A DNA stretch of 64,000 nt, taken from the NCBI GenBank assembly GCA_964485625.1, contig CAZAJM010000003.1, forward strand, positions 6,349 through 70,348, read 5' to 3'. Shown in pieces: positions 40,648 through 49,106 of the stretch (positions are counted from its first letter, which is position 1; each line of letters opens with the position of its first letter). The notes beneath the pieces were generated by a model. The model was not told the DNA's origin. It saw nothing but the letters and a program-made list of their open reading frames with translations, and ran no database searches. This stretch comes from an uncultured Candidatus Saccharibacteria bacterium. Its GTDB lineage: Bacteria > Patescibacteriota > UBA1384 > JAGGWG01 > CAZAJM01. Position numbers and translations under genes: made by a program.

Positions 40648-43071
40648 TCACCCCGTAATTATATTAACTAATTTAGGCGGCAGACCCGGCTTATTCTCTC
40701 TCTCAACTACAATCATATCTCTAACTTCACTGCCGTCAATATGCTTAGCTACATTACCTAAGCTAGCAATACTTTCCTTGATAGTAGTAATATCCTCTTG
40801 TGGGCTTGCTTGATAGAGAGCCCTTTTCTTACCATTAACCTGAACTACAACCGGGTAATTATCTTGCCTTAAACTAACTTTTGATGGTTTTGGCCAAGAA
40901 CTATTAAAAATAGTTGATTCATTACCAATCTCCTGCCACAGCTCTTCGCAGATATGAGGAAAGACGATTGAATTTATAATTATATATTTCTCAACTACCA
41001 ACTTGCTTAATTTACTATCTTTCTCAATCGAATTTAGAAATTTCATCAAGGAAGAGACGATAGTATTTAACTGAAAATTCTCCAGGTCCTCCTCAACTGA
41101 CTTGATTAGCCTATTAATTCTAGCTTCCTGACCCTCTATAGCTTCATCTACTATCTCTTTGCTACTTAGGGTGCTATGAAGACGATCTAGATACTTCCTG
41201 ACCCCCTCAATTCCACCATCATTCCACTCCTTGCTCTGCTCAGGCGGGCCGATAAAGAGCTCGTAACCTCTTAAAGAGTCTCTTCCATACTTTTCTACCA
41301 ACTTATCAGGCGAGACAACGTTACCGACCGACTTACTCATCTTCTTACCATCTCGGTAGATCATGCCCTGATTAAACAGAGATTTAAAGGGCTCGTTAAA
41401 TTCAATATGGCCTAACTTGTAGAGTGCCTTGGTGATAAAACGAGCATAGAGCAAGTGAAGCACGGCATGCTCAACCCCACCAACATATTTATCAACCGGT
41501 AACCACTTTTTCATTCTATCTTTATCAAATGGCTTGTTATTCAGGTTAGGATTAGGGTAGCGCAGATAGTACCAACTTGAGTCAACAAAGGTGTCCATAG
41601 TATCTGTCTCTCTTTCCGCCTGTCCACCGCATTTAGGGCACGAACAGTTAACAAACTCCTTATTCTTAGCCAGGGGAGAGCGACCGGACTTAGATGGCTT
41701 AAAGTCATCCATCTCAGGTAGCTTAATTGGTAGGTTCTCTTCTTTTTCGGCTACCACCCCACACTTAGGGCAATAGACGATTGGGATTGGCGTTCCCCAA
41801 TATCTTTGGCGACTAATGAGCCAGTCGTTAAGTTTGTAATTAACTCTAAACTCGGCCATATTATCTTTAGCTAAATCCTTAGCAATGGTCTCGCGAGCAT
41901 TCTTGCTCGCCTCACCGTCATAATCAGAGCTATTTACCAAAACTCCTTCACCCTCGTAGGCAGAATTAAGGTTTTCTAGCTTACCATTAGAGCTAATTAC
42001 TTGGATAATATTTAGGTTGTATTTTTTGGCAAACTCAAAATCTCGTTGATCATGGGCCGGTACTGCCATAATAGCGCCTGTACCATACTCTTCTAGCACA
42101 TAATCAGAGATCCAAATAGGAATCCTCTTGCCATTGACCGGATTAATAGCATAACTACCGGTAAAGACACCGGTCTTTTTCTTGCTTAGCTTGCGCTCTT
42201 TGATCGATTTAGACTTGGCCTTTTCCAAATAATCTTTAACTTCACTAACTTGCTTAGAAGTAGTCAATTTATCTACCAGATCAGACTCTGGAGCTAATGC
42301 TAGGAAGGTAGCGCCAAAGAGAGTATCGGCCCTAGTGGTAAACACTTCAATTAGCTCATCTTTATCTTCAACCTTAAACTTAAGCAGTACACCCTGGCTC
42401 CTACCAATCCAGTTTTTCTGCATCTTCTTTACTTTCTCCGGCCAATCTAGCCCATCTATATCACTATTTAACTGATCGGCAAAGTTAGTTATCTTAAAAA
42501 ACCACTGATTTAGTTTCTTGGTAGTAACCTCACTATCACAGCGCTCACAGAGACCTCCAACAACCTGCTCGTTTGCCAAGACCGTCTTACAACTAGGACA
42601 AAAATTTACAGGCGCCTCTTTACGATAGGCTAAACTCGCCTTAAATAGCTCCAAGAAAAGCCATTGAGTCCACTGATAGTAGTCTGGGGAAGAGGAGTTT
42701 ATCTCTAGGCTCCAATCATACATCCCTCCAATCTCTGTTAATTGGCGAGTGAAATTAGCAATAGCTTTGGTGGTATATTCCTTAGGATGAGTATTGTTCT
42801 TGATAGCAGCATTCTCTGCCGGCAGACCAAAAGCATCCCAACCCATGGGATGAAGCACCTCATAGCCACGAAGCTTCATATACCGGCTCCAAACGTCACT
42901 ATAGACATAGCCCGACCAGTGACCGACATGCAAGCCTTCTCCGGAAGGATAGGGGAACATATCCAGACAATAATATGGCTTACTAGTAGACAAATCTACT
43001 TTATGGCAACTGTTATCAGACCAGTAGTTCTGCCACTTCTCTTCAATTTTTTTATGATCATATTTATTCAT
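40648..43071 (-). CDS. leuS: leucyl-tRNA synthetase
   Basis: 807 aa. Has HIGH-type HVGH, KMSKS, the CP1 editing domain and zinc-binding Cys pairs. Confidence 0.93.
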   Translation of the reverse strand: MNKYDHKKIEEKWQNYWSDNSCHKVDLSTSKPYYCLDMFPYPSGEGLHVGHWSGYVYSDVWSRYMKLRGYEVLHPMGWDAFGLPAENAAIKNNTHPKEYTTKAIANFTRQLTEIGGMYDWSLEINSSSPDYYQWTQWLFLELFKASLAYRKEAPVNFCPSCKTVLANEQVVGGLCERCDSEVTTKKLNQWFFKITNFADQLNSDIDGLDWPEKVKKMQKNWIGRSQGVLLKFKVEDKDELIEVFTTRADTLFGATFLALAPESDLVDKLTTSKQVSEVKDYLEKAKSKSIKERKLSKKKTGVFTGSYAINPVNGKRIPIWISDYVLEEYGTGAIMAVPAHDQRDFEFAKKYNLNIIQVISSNGKLENLNSAYEGEGVLVNSSDYDGEASKNARETIAKDLAKDNMAEFRVNYKLNDWLISRQRYWGTPIPIVYCPKCGVVAEKEENLPIKLPEMDDFKPSKSGRSPLAKNKEFVNCSCPKCGGQAERETDTMDTFVDSSWYYLRYPNPNLNNKPFDKDRMKKWLPVDKYVGGVEHAVLHLLYARFITKALYKLGHIEFNEPFKSLFNQGMIYRDGKKMSKSVGNVVSPDKLVEKYGRDSLRGYELFIGPPEQSKEWNDGGIEGVRKYLDRLHSTLSSKEIVDEAIEGQEARINRLIKSVEEDLENFQLNTIVSSLMKFLNSIEKDSKLSKLVVEKYIIINSIVFPHICEELWQEIGNESTIFNSSWPKPSKVSLRQDNYPVVVQVNGKKRALYQASPQEDITTIKESIASLGNVAKHIDGSEVRDMIVVERENKPGLPPKLVNIITG

Positions 43072-43110
43072 TACAGACCTAATTTATCACAAACCAAGCT
43101 ATTTTTCAAT

Positions 43111-43141
43111 CAAAAAATCCACCTTCTTCTATCTTTGGTGG
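43111..43141 (-). promoter_or_regulatory. terminator-like hairpin plus U-run in leuS 5' leader (attenuator candidate)
   Basis: On the minus strand, CCACC-AAAGAUAGAAGAA-GGUGG followed by AUUUUUUG, about 40 nt upstream of the leuS AUG. Confidence 0.4.
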
Positions 43142-43900
43142 AATATTATGAGTGAGTGTGTTGGGCCGAGGGGAGGAGGAGTGTAAATAGTATCATTGAC
43201 GAGGGTTTCCCCAAGTCACATTCAAATTCACACTCCTCTCCCGCTCAGCTCCTAGATTTCCGGACTTTTTTTTAGTTTACCCCTTGACCACATAACTGCT
43301 GCCAGTAGTTGATGTCCGGTATCAACTTAGGCATATGCGCTCAAGAAGCTTGACAGCTCAGATTTACACCCAATCGGGCTGCCCGCAATTGCAGGCTCTG
43401 GCTGTCAATTCCTTAGGATGATTGCCGGGAAGGGGAGAAGCGAGATTAGGTCACTACCCCGTTGTATCTTCGATCGGGGCGCACCCTTTGTGATCTCACT
43501 TCCCCTTCCCTAGGCCCTGCTTCGTCGTCCTCCTTTTATTCCCGGGTAAGCAGGGTAAGCCCAGGAGGAGGAAATTCGGAAGGATGATTGCCCGAGACGG
43601 GTCATGGCGTGGTGAATCGCTCGCCGCCTCGGAAGACAGTTTTGTCCCCCACCTGGTACCCTCAATGGGGTTTTCTCCAGGTGAGGCTACGCTCTGCCTT
43701 TCCAGAAGCCCATGGGCCCTCCCCACGGCTGTAGTCCCCACTCCTCTTCGCCCGAGGAGTGGGGGGGGGTCGACGACTCATACGTCATCCCCTCGTGCGC
43801 TACCTACTTCATACGCATCATCCTTTCTCGCCCTCCTTCTGGTGCGTCATGCCCCAGGAGGGCCTATCTAATAACTTTATGCCTCCCTTAACTGAGTCAG
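43140..43900. other. GC-rich ORF-free island (about 760 nt), a candidate large structured ncRNA or remnant of foreign DNA
   Basis: Its composition is visibly much more GC-rich than the flanking AT-rich DNA. It has long purine/pyrimidine runs (GGGGGGGGG, GGAGGAGGAG), many hairpins and an internal repeat aggatgattgcc at about 43407 and 43580. Only short ORFs occur in any frame. Confidence 0.5.
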
Positions 43901-44008
43901 GGTAGGCTATTGTTGGTGCGATTTATCTTGAAACTACTATACACTATTATTAGTTGTATGTCAATAGTTTCAGCCTTATCTCTTAATTTGTCTTATATAA
44001 GGGAAATA

Positions 44009-44040
44009 AAAGCAGGCCTAATAACAGGCCCGCTTTTTTA
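44009..44040. terminator. hairpin plus T-run terminator (bidirectional; also ends the DUF378 gene on the minus strand)
   Basis: gcaggcc-taataaca-ggcccgc followed by tttttt, flanked upstream by an A-rich stretch. Confidence 0.55.
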
Positions 44041-44052
44041 CTGATAGCTCGG

Positions 44053-44271
44053 TTAGCTCATTTCAGTTGACTCGCCGCCACCTGAGAATAGTTTTACTAA
44101 TACCCAAAGTGCAGAAAGACCAACAAGAGCGTAGATTACTCGAGATAGAGTAGACATGTCGCCAAAAATGGCAGCAACTAGATCCCAGCTGAAGAAACCA
44201 ACTAGACCCCAGTTAAGACCACCTACAACTACCAAGATGTAAGCTATCCAGTCAAGAGTAGTTTTTTGCAT
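44053..44271 (-). CDS. DUF378-family small membrane protein
   Basis: 72 aa. ...LDWIAYILVVVGGLNWGLVGFFSWDLVAAIFG... matches the DUF378 consensus. Confidence 0.7.
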   Translation of the reverse strand: MQKTTLDWIAYILVVVGGLNWGLVGFFSWDLVAAIFGDMSTLSRVIYALVGLSALWVLVKLFSGGGESTEMS

Positions 44272-44395
44272 AATTACTCCCTTTCTATGGATTAATTTCT
44301 ATAATAACGATCAATTACATTATACTATATCTATTTAACAAATGACAATATTGTGATATATTAGTCCTAGAAATAGAAAAATAATATATTAAACC

Positions 44396-44671
44396 ATGCT
44401 ATCAAAACTACCAATTGATTTAGACAAAGTTTCTGATGAGAACATCGACAAAGAAATTGCCAGAGCAGGTATAATTGCAGAGTATGATGCTATTAGTTTC
44501 TATGAACAGATGGCAGCTAAAGCTAAAGATTCTAAGCTCAAAAAAGTCCTTATGGCAGTTGCTAAGGAAGAGAAGGAGCATGTAGGTGAGTTTCAGGCCA
44601 TGCTTCTAAAATGGGACAAAGAGCAGATTAGTGAAATGAAAGAAGGTGAGAAAGAAGTAGAGGAGATGTAG
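44396..44671 (+). CDS. encapsulated-ferritin-like (EncFtn/ferritin-like diiron) small protein, no obvious targeting peptide
   Basis: ...IAEYDAISFYEQM...AVAKEEKEHVGEFQAMLLKW... matches the EncFtn E/ExxH motif pattern. Confidence 0.6.
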   Translation: MLSKLPIDLDKVSDENIDKEIARAGIIAEYDAISFYEQMAAKAKDSKLKKVLMAVAKEEKEHVGEFQAMLLKWDKEQISEMKEGEKEVEEM

Positions 44672-44682
44672 AACAAACTAAA

Positions 44683-44714
44683 AAGACCGGTTGTGTAAAA
44701 ATCGGTCTTTTTTA
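44683..44714 (+). terminator. rho-independent terminator
   Basis: agaccgg-ttgtgtaaaaat-cggtct followed by ttttttatt. Confidence 0.75.
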
Positions 44715-44736
44715 TTCCATTAATTAATACTAATAT

Positions 44737-44788
44737 TATGGGTTCTTCACCCCATTATTTTTATATAATTAAAAAATGGAGCTAATGG
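44737..44788. repeat. 52-bp perfect direct repeat copy 1 (tRNA-Ala 3' 12 nt plus 40-nt trailer); att-like
   Basis: Identical to 44919-44970. On the minus strand it reads 5'-CCAUUAGCUCCA followed by the trailer. Confidence 0.85.
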
Positions 44789-44918
44789 CCCGCCCGGCAA
44801 TCGCCTGACGGCTCAAGCCGGATGGCGGACGGGGATTTGAAGCTGTTGGCCCTACTTGAAGTTTAAACTTAATCTCAACCGATATACTCAAAAACAGAAC
44901 AAATTCTATCACCTCAGG

Positions 44919-44970
44919 TATGGGTTCTTCACCCCATTATTTTTATATAATTAAAAAATGGAGCTAATGG
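44919..44970. repeat. 52-bp perfect direct repeat copy 2 (overlaps the 3' end of the intact tRNA-Ala)
   Basis: tatgggttcttcaccccattatttttatataattaaaaaatggagctaatgg. Confidence 0.85.
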
Positions 44971-45031
44971 GATTTGAACCCATGGCCTCGTGAATGCCAT
45001 TCACGCGCTCTACCAACTGAGCTATAGCCCC
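44959..45031 (-). tRNA. tRNA-Ala (anticodon GGC), CCA not encoded
   Basis: Minus strand: GGGGCUAUAGCUCAGUUGGUAGAGCGCGUGAAUGGCAUUCACGAGGCCAUGGGUUCAAAUCCCAUUAGCUCCA. It folds as a cloverleaf with the G3:U70 Ala identity pair, anticodon loop AUGGCAU and T-loop UUCAAAU. Confidence 0.9.
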
Positions 45032-45082
45032 ATATTATCTATGAGGTTATTTTAGCTTAAATTTGCTATTCTGTCAAAGGTT

Positions 45083-47299
45083 TCAATATCTTGCCAGTTG
45101 ATACTGATCTCTAATAATTTCTGCCAAGGTTGTCTCACCACCATACCTTATTCTTTTGAGTTTCTTAGGTTTAACATCGATGACTTTTCTCTGTGATTTA
45201 GGCAGTTGTCTTCTAATCTTTCTTAGTTGTTCTCTGGTCTTAATATAGTGACGATACTGTTTCTCAATCACCCAGATTGTTCCGCTATTAGTGGCACTGA
45301 TCAGGCTACCATTTTTATGTACTAATATTCTTCTGTTTGGAATATCTCTAAAAAGGTCAGGATCGACCTCTTTTATGTCTCTCCAACGGTATCCTCTCAT
45401 TCTGAAAACTTTTGGTGAAAGTACTGGGTAATTTCTACAACCGAACTTATTTGAACGATAGACCGCTACAGTCCCACCACCTTTAGGTCTAATCTTATCG
45501 TTGTAATTTAATAATTTATCAGCTTTCTGACAAGTAAGTTCTTCTGGAGTTAACTCATTTTGTGGTGGATCATCATCTTCTGGCTCTTCCTCAGGCACGT
45601 CTGTTACTGTAATAATAATTGTTTCATCATCAGTATCATCACCATCACTTACTATGAAATTAATACTATAATCTCCAGATTGCTCATTGGTTGGCGTCCA
45701 AGAAAACAATCCTGTCTCGCTATTCAAATTAGCTCCATCGGGTAATCCAGATGATGAAAAAGTTAGTAAGTCTTCGATATCATCATCACTGGCGTTTAAG
45801 CTAAATTCTAATAGAGCCTCTTCTTCTATTGATTTATCACCTACAGCAGTTAAAACTGGTGCTGAGTTTAATATCGTGGTATCAACTTGATCGCTTGGAC
45901 CATTTAATATTCCATCGGTTGGAGTTGCTTCGCAACGCCAAAGGTCGTCCTTAGAAGTATTGTCTTTATTTAGGACAGGACCGGCAAGCTCAGGCTGCAA
46001 AACATCATTCTTGTACCAATTGTATAGATAAGTAACTAAGCCGCCATCAGGATCATTGGAGCCAGAAGCTTCGCAGTATAAATCATCAGTAGTATTAGGC
46101 AATTCTGGTGTTATTACTACACTGGTAGGCTGAGTAGGTGGGCTATTTTCACCTCCATCTCCAATATCAATCGAGGTGTACATGGTGCTACCATCTTCAG
46201 GTATATTTACTGGAGTATCATTATCAGTAAAAATATTATCTTGATAATTAATTTCAAAACCATCTAAGGTGCCCGAGTTTCCGTCACTAATTAAATCCTC
46301 TGAATAAAAATACCAGTTATTATCAGTATCATTGGGAGGCATGTAGTCTAATTGATCTGTTAAATCATGTGACGCTGATATGTTAGCATTGTCAGCACCA
46401 GCCATGTTATATTTTAGGGACTGCCATGTTGGGTCAGAGGAATTACCAACACCTAGGCCGTATCTAATCTGATTTTTAACGGGGTGAGTTATGTCAATAT
46501 TTGCCCAGACCTGAGGGACATAACCAATTTTATCCGTATCGACCCATGCTTCAATCATATAGTTTTCAACAAAATCATAGGATAGCCACGAATAACCATC
46601 ACCGCTCCAACTGCTGCCCCATGAGTTAACAAATTTAAAAGCTCCTGTCTGAGGGTTTCCTTCAGAGTCAGTATAACTGCGATCATCATCATAACCAACA
46701 ATTGTAACTGCATGGCCACCCCTAAGACTACCTTCGGGATAAGCATGTACATCATTGCCACCAGTCGCTGATAGTTGATCATCATATGATGGTACTCCGG
46801 CAACTAATACTCCACCTGCATCAAGACGTTGTTTAAGGTTGTTAATATCAGTCATAAACGCTTCATGATAAATAATATCATTACTTTCACTACGATAGTA
46901 CATTGCATTCTGCCATTGTGCTTGGTTTGGCCAGGTACGATAATCAACATTACCCATTAATTCATAGGTTGGGGTGCCGGTTTCCTTAAGCATATTAAAG
47001 GATCCGCCTATAGACATGCCTTGGCTTGAATCACCTCCGTTAGCTTGATTCCAGATGAATGTAGGGCTGAACTGATGGTCAGTAGTATCTACCGACCAGC
47101 CGTGTTCCTGTTTTTCAACAAAAGTTTTGTAATAATAGCCGGTTGCCCACCCAACACAAGAGCCGTAACTACCCTGACTTCTTACAGGTGGCATATCAGC
47201 GGAGAGATCAACTGAGGCAGCATTAACATTACCGGCAATAAAGGTCAGAAAAACCGTAATAGTAATTACTAGTGTATATTTCAAAATATTCTTATTCAT
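45083..47299 (-). CDS. secreted papain-like (C1A) cysteine peptidase with putative Ig (He_PIG/cadherin-like) domain and basic C-terminal domain
   Basis: Signal peptide. Catalytic Cys block QGSYGSCVGWATGYY, His block GGHAVTIVGYDD and Asn/Trp block NSWGSSWSGDGY. A middle ...TGLFSWTPT... Ig-like repeat. The C-terminal roughly 170 aa are K/R-rich. The start overlaps the upstream gene in ATGAATAA. Confidence 0.75.
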   Translation of the reverse strand: MNKNILKYTLVITITVFLTFIAGNVNAASVDLSADMPPVRSQGSYGSCVGWATGYYYKTFVEKQEHGWSVDTTDHQFSPTFIWNQANGGDSSQGMSIGGSFNMLKETGTPTYELMGNVDYRTWPNQAQWQNAMYYRSESNDIIYHEAFMTDINNLKQRLDAGGVLVAGVPSYDDQLSATGGNDVHAYPEGSLRGGHAVTIVGYDDDRSYTDSEGNPQTGAFKFVNSWGSSWSGDGYSWLSYDFVENYMIEAWVDTDKIGYVPQVWANIDITHPVKNQIRYGLGVGNSSDPTWQSLKYNMAGADNANISASHDLTDQLDYMPPNDTDNNWYFYSEDLISDGNSGTLDGFEINYQDNIFTDNDTPVNIPEDGSTMYTSIDIGDGGENSPPTQPTSVVITPELPNTTDDLYCEASGSNDPDGGLVTYLYNWYKNDVLQPELAGPVLNKDNTSKDDLWRCEATPTDGILNGPSDQVDTTILNSAPVLTAVGDKSIEEEALLEFSLNASDDDIEDLLTFSSSGLPDGANLNSETGLFSWTPTNEQSGDYSINFIVSDGDDTDDETIIITVTDVPEEEPEDDDPPQNELTPEELTCQKADKLLNYNDKIRPKGGGTVAVYRSNKFGCRNYPVLSPKVFRMRGYRWRDIKEVDPDLFRDIPNRRILVHKNGSLISATNSGTIWVIEKQYRHYIKTREQLRKIRRQLPKSQRKVIDVKPKKLKRIRYGGETTLAEIIRDQYQLARY

Positions 47300-48149
47300 C
47301 TTCGATCTCCAGTCCAAGTGGATACTCTATCCTCACTCCCTGAGAAGCTAAGTAAAAATCCTCTAACCAAGTATTATTTTTATTATCTTTTACTGCTACC
47401 TCTATTGAAGGCGGAGTATCAGTTGATACTTTTTCGGATATGTCCAAATAATAGCTTATAGTTTTAGTTTTTTGACCCTGGTGGTCAATAGAAGAAATAG
47501 TTCTCTTATTTCCATCTACAAAAAATACTAAGTCATAGCGATCCGAAGCCTCGATTACTAAATCCCTTGCTTTTGCGTTGCCAATATTTTTTAGTTTCAA
47601 GTCTAACCTGATTCTTTCGCCAGGATTTGCGATTTGATCTTGGTTACCTAAAGTGCCGCTTTGACTGCCGTCAACAACTCTAATATTTTGTAGTTTAATG
47701 ATTGGAGCACCAACGACATTTAACTGCATATCAACTACAAGAGGTTCTTCTAATTGTTGAGAATTTAAATAAAGATAGGTTTGATGTTTACCTACCGGAA
47801 GTTTTTTAGCATTAATAACTAATTCGATCTTACTGCTATCTCCTGGACTTATAGTTCTTTGACTGGGCAAAATATTCAACCAATTAACCACAGCTTCTTT
47901 ATTATCTGCAGTCTTTTTGATATTAAATTTGAAATCGAGCTCAGATTGATTTAAGATTGACAGGTAAGTAGAACTATGGCTACCTTGGTTTGCTTTAACT
48001 TTGATCTCATTATTATAGGAGATTTCTTCTGGATTTATGACCTCTTGAGCAGAAATATCCAATTTAATATTGGTGCCATCTAAGAGAATAGTAATAATGA
48101 CCAACACAATAAAGCTAACAATTACTAAATACCAAACCTTTTTGCGCAT
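47292..48149 (-). CDS. hypothetical membrane-anchored extracellular protein (operon partner of the protease)
   Basis: N-terminal TM followed by 260 aa of predicted beta-rich ectodomain. Translationally coupled to the protease gene. Confidence 0.5.
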   Translation of the reverse strand: MRKKVWYLVIVSFIVLVIITILLDGTNIKLDISAQEVINPEEISYNNEIKVKANQGSHSSTYLSILNQSELDFKFNIKKTADNKEAVVNWLNILPSQRTISPGDSSKIELVINAKKLPVGKHQTYLYLNSQQLEEPLVVDMQLNVVGAPIIKLQNIRVVDGSQSGTLGNQDQIANPGERIRLDLKLKNIGNAKARDLVIEASDRYDLVFFVDGNKRTISSIDHQGQKTKTISYYLDISEKVSTDTPPSIEVAVKDNKNNTWLEDFYLASQGVRIEYPLGLEIEDE

Positions 48150-48194
48150 AAATAATTTATAACTTAATATTATTATAAAACATTATACCACAAA

Positions 48195-49106
48195 ATGCAC
48201 ATTTCTGTCTTAGACAAGGAAATTATTGAATATTTTGAGCTGGATAAAAACAGAACAATAGTTGACGCAACAGTTGGCTTGGGTGGTCATACTAGAATAA
48301 TATTAGAATATTGTGATAACTTTAAAGTTATTGGCATAGATCAAGACAAAGATGCATTAAATTACGCCAGTAGGAACTTAATTAACTACAGAGATAGAGT
48401 AATATTAAAACATGGTAATTTTTCAAATTTAGCCAGTTTAGTTAAAAAACCAGTTGACGGAGTACTCTTTGATCTTGGGGTCTCATCGATGCAACTAGAT
48501 AATAAAGAGAGAGGCTTCTCATTTAATAAAGAAGCTAAGCTTGATATGAGAATGAATAGAGAGCAAGAACTAACTGCCAAGAAAGTAATTAACAGTTACC
48601 CAGCTAGCAAACTAGTTGAGATTATCAAAGAGTATGGTGAAGAGAGATGGGCAAATAAAATCGCAGAAAGAATTGTACAAACTAGAAAATTAGATAGCAT
48701 AGAGACTACCAAAGAACTAGCTGATATAGTAAGATCGACAATTCCTAAAAAGTTCTGGCCAAAAAATATTGAGCCAGCCACCAAAACTTTCCAGGCCATT
48801 AGAATAGAGGTAAACCAAGAACTAGATAATCTAAAAGAGGGCCTAGATCAAGCGCTTAAAATACTTAAGCCCAGGGGTAGAGTAGTGGTAATCTCATTTC
48901 ATTCTCTTGAAGACAGGATTGTCAAGAATAAATTTAAATATTGGGCGAAGGATTGTATCTGCCCACCCGACTACCCAATCTGTAAATGTGACAAAGAGAA
49001 GGAGGTTAAGATCTTAACCAAAAAGCCAATTAGAGCTAATCAAGAAGAGATCGAAAACAATCCTCGGGCTAGAAGTGCCAAACTTAGAGCTTGTGAGAAG
49101 ATTTAA
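48195..49106 (+). CDS. rsmH: 16S rRNA (cytosine1402-N4)-methyltransferase RsmH/MraW
   Basis: SAM-binding motif ATVGLGGH and a conserved RsmH C-terminus. Confidence 0.85.
   Translation: MHISVLDKEIIEYFELDKNRTIVDATVGLGGHTRIILEYCDNFKVIGIDQDKDALNYASRNLINYRDRVILKHGNFSNLASLVKKPVDGVLFDLGVSSMQLDNKERGFSFNKEAKLDMRMNREQELTAKKVINSYPASKLVEIIKEYGEERWANKIAERIVQTRKLDSIETTKELADIVRSTIPKKFWPKNIEPATKTFQAIRIEVNQELDNLKEGLDQALKILKPRGRVVVISFHSLEDRIVKNKFKYWAKDCICPPDYPICKCDKEKEVKILTKKPIRANQEEIENNPRARSAKLRACEKI

Noticed and set aside
43140-43300. Possible RNase P RNA in the GC island. The minus strand has AAAGUCCGG and GGGGAAACCC, reminiscent of the P4 and P6/7 regions.
   Set aside because: The motifs are in the wrong order and spacing. 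The AAAGUCCGG lies about 110 nt from the 3' end of the element on that strand. No ACAGAAxCCGGCUUA partner strand was found. I treat this as a chance match.
43072-43400. T-box riboswitch upstream of leuS, and likewise upstream of tyrS at 63359-63583.
   Set aside because: Terminator-like hairpins are present, but I could not find the conserved T-box sequence (AGGGUGGNACCGCG) or an obvious specifier-loop context on the correct strand. I report them only as attenuator candidates.
43496-43871. ORF-track ORFs inside the GC island (81 aa on the minus strand, 95 aa on the plus strand).
   Set aside because: They overlap on opposite strands and are Pro/Ser/Gly/Arg-rich low-complexity translations typical of GC-rich non-coding DNA. 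Neither has an RBS or a family match.
44789-44918. tmRNA or second tRNA gene in the GC-rich segment between the direct repeats (contains UUCAAAUCC and ends CCAUUAGCUCCA).
   Set aside because: The 3' 12 nt are simply the duplicated tRNA-Ala end. No complementary 5' acceptor strand or D-arm exists, so it does not fold as a tRNA or as a tmRNA tRNA-like domain.
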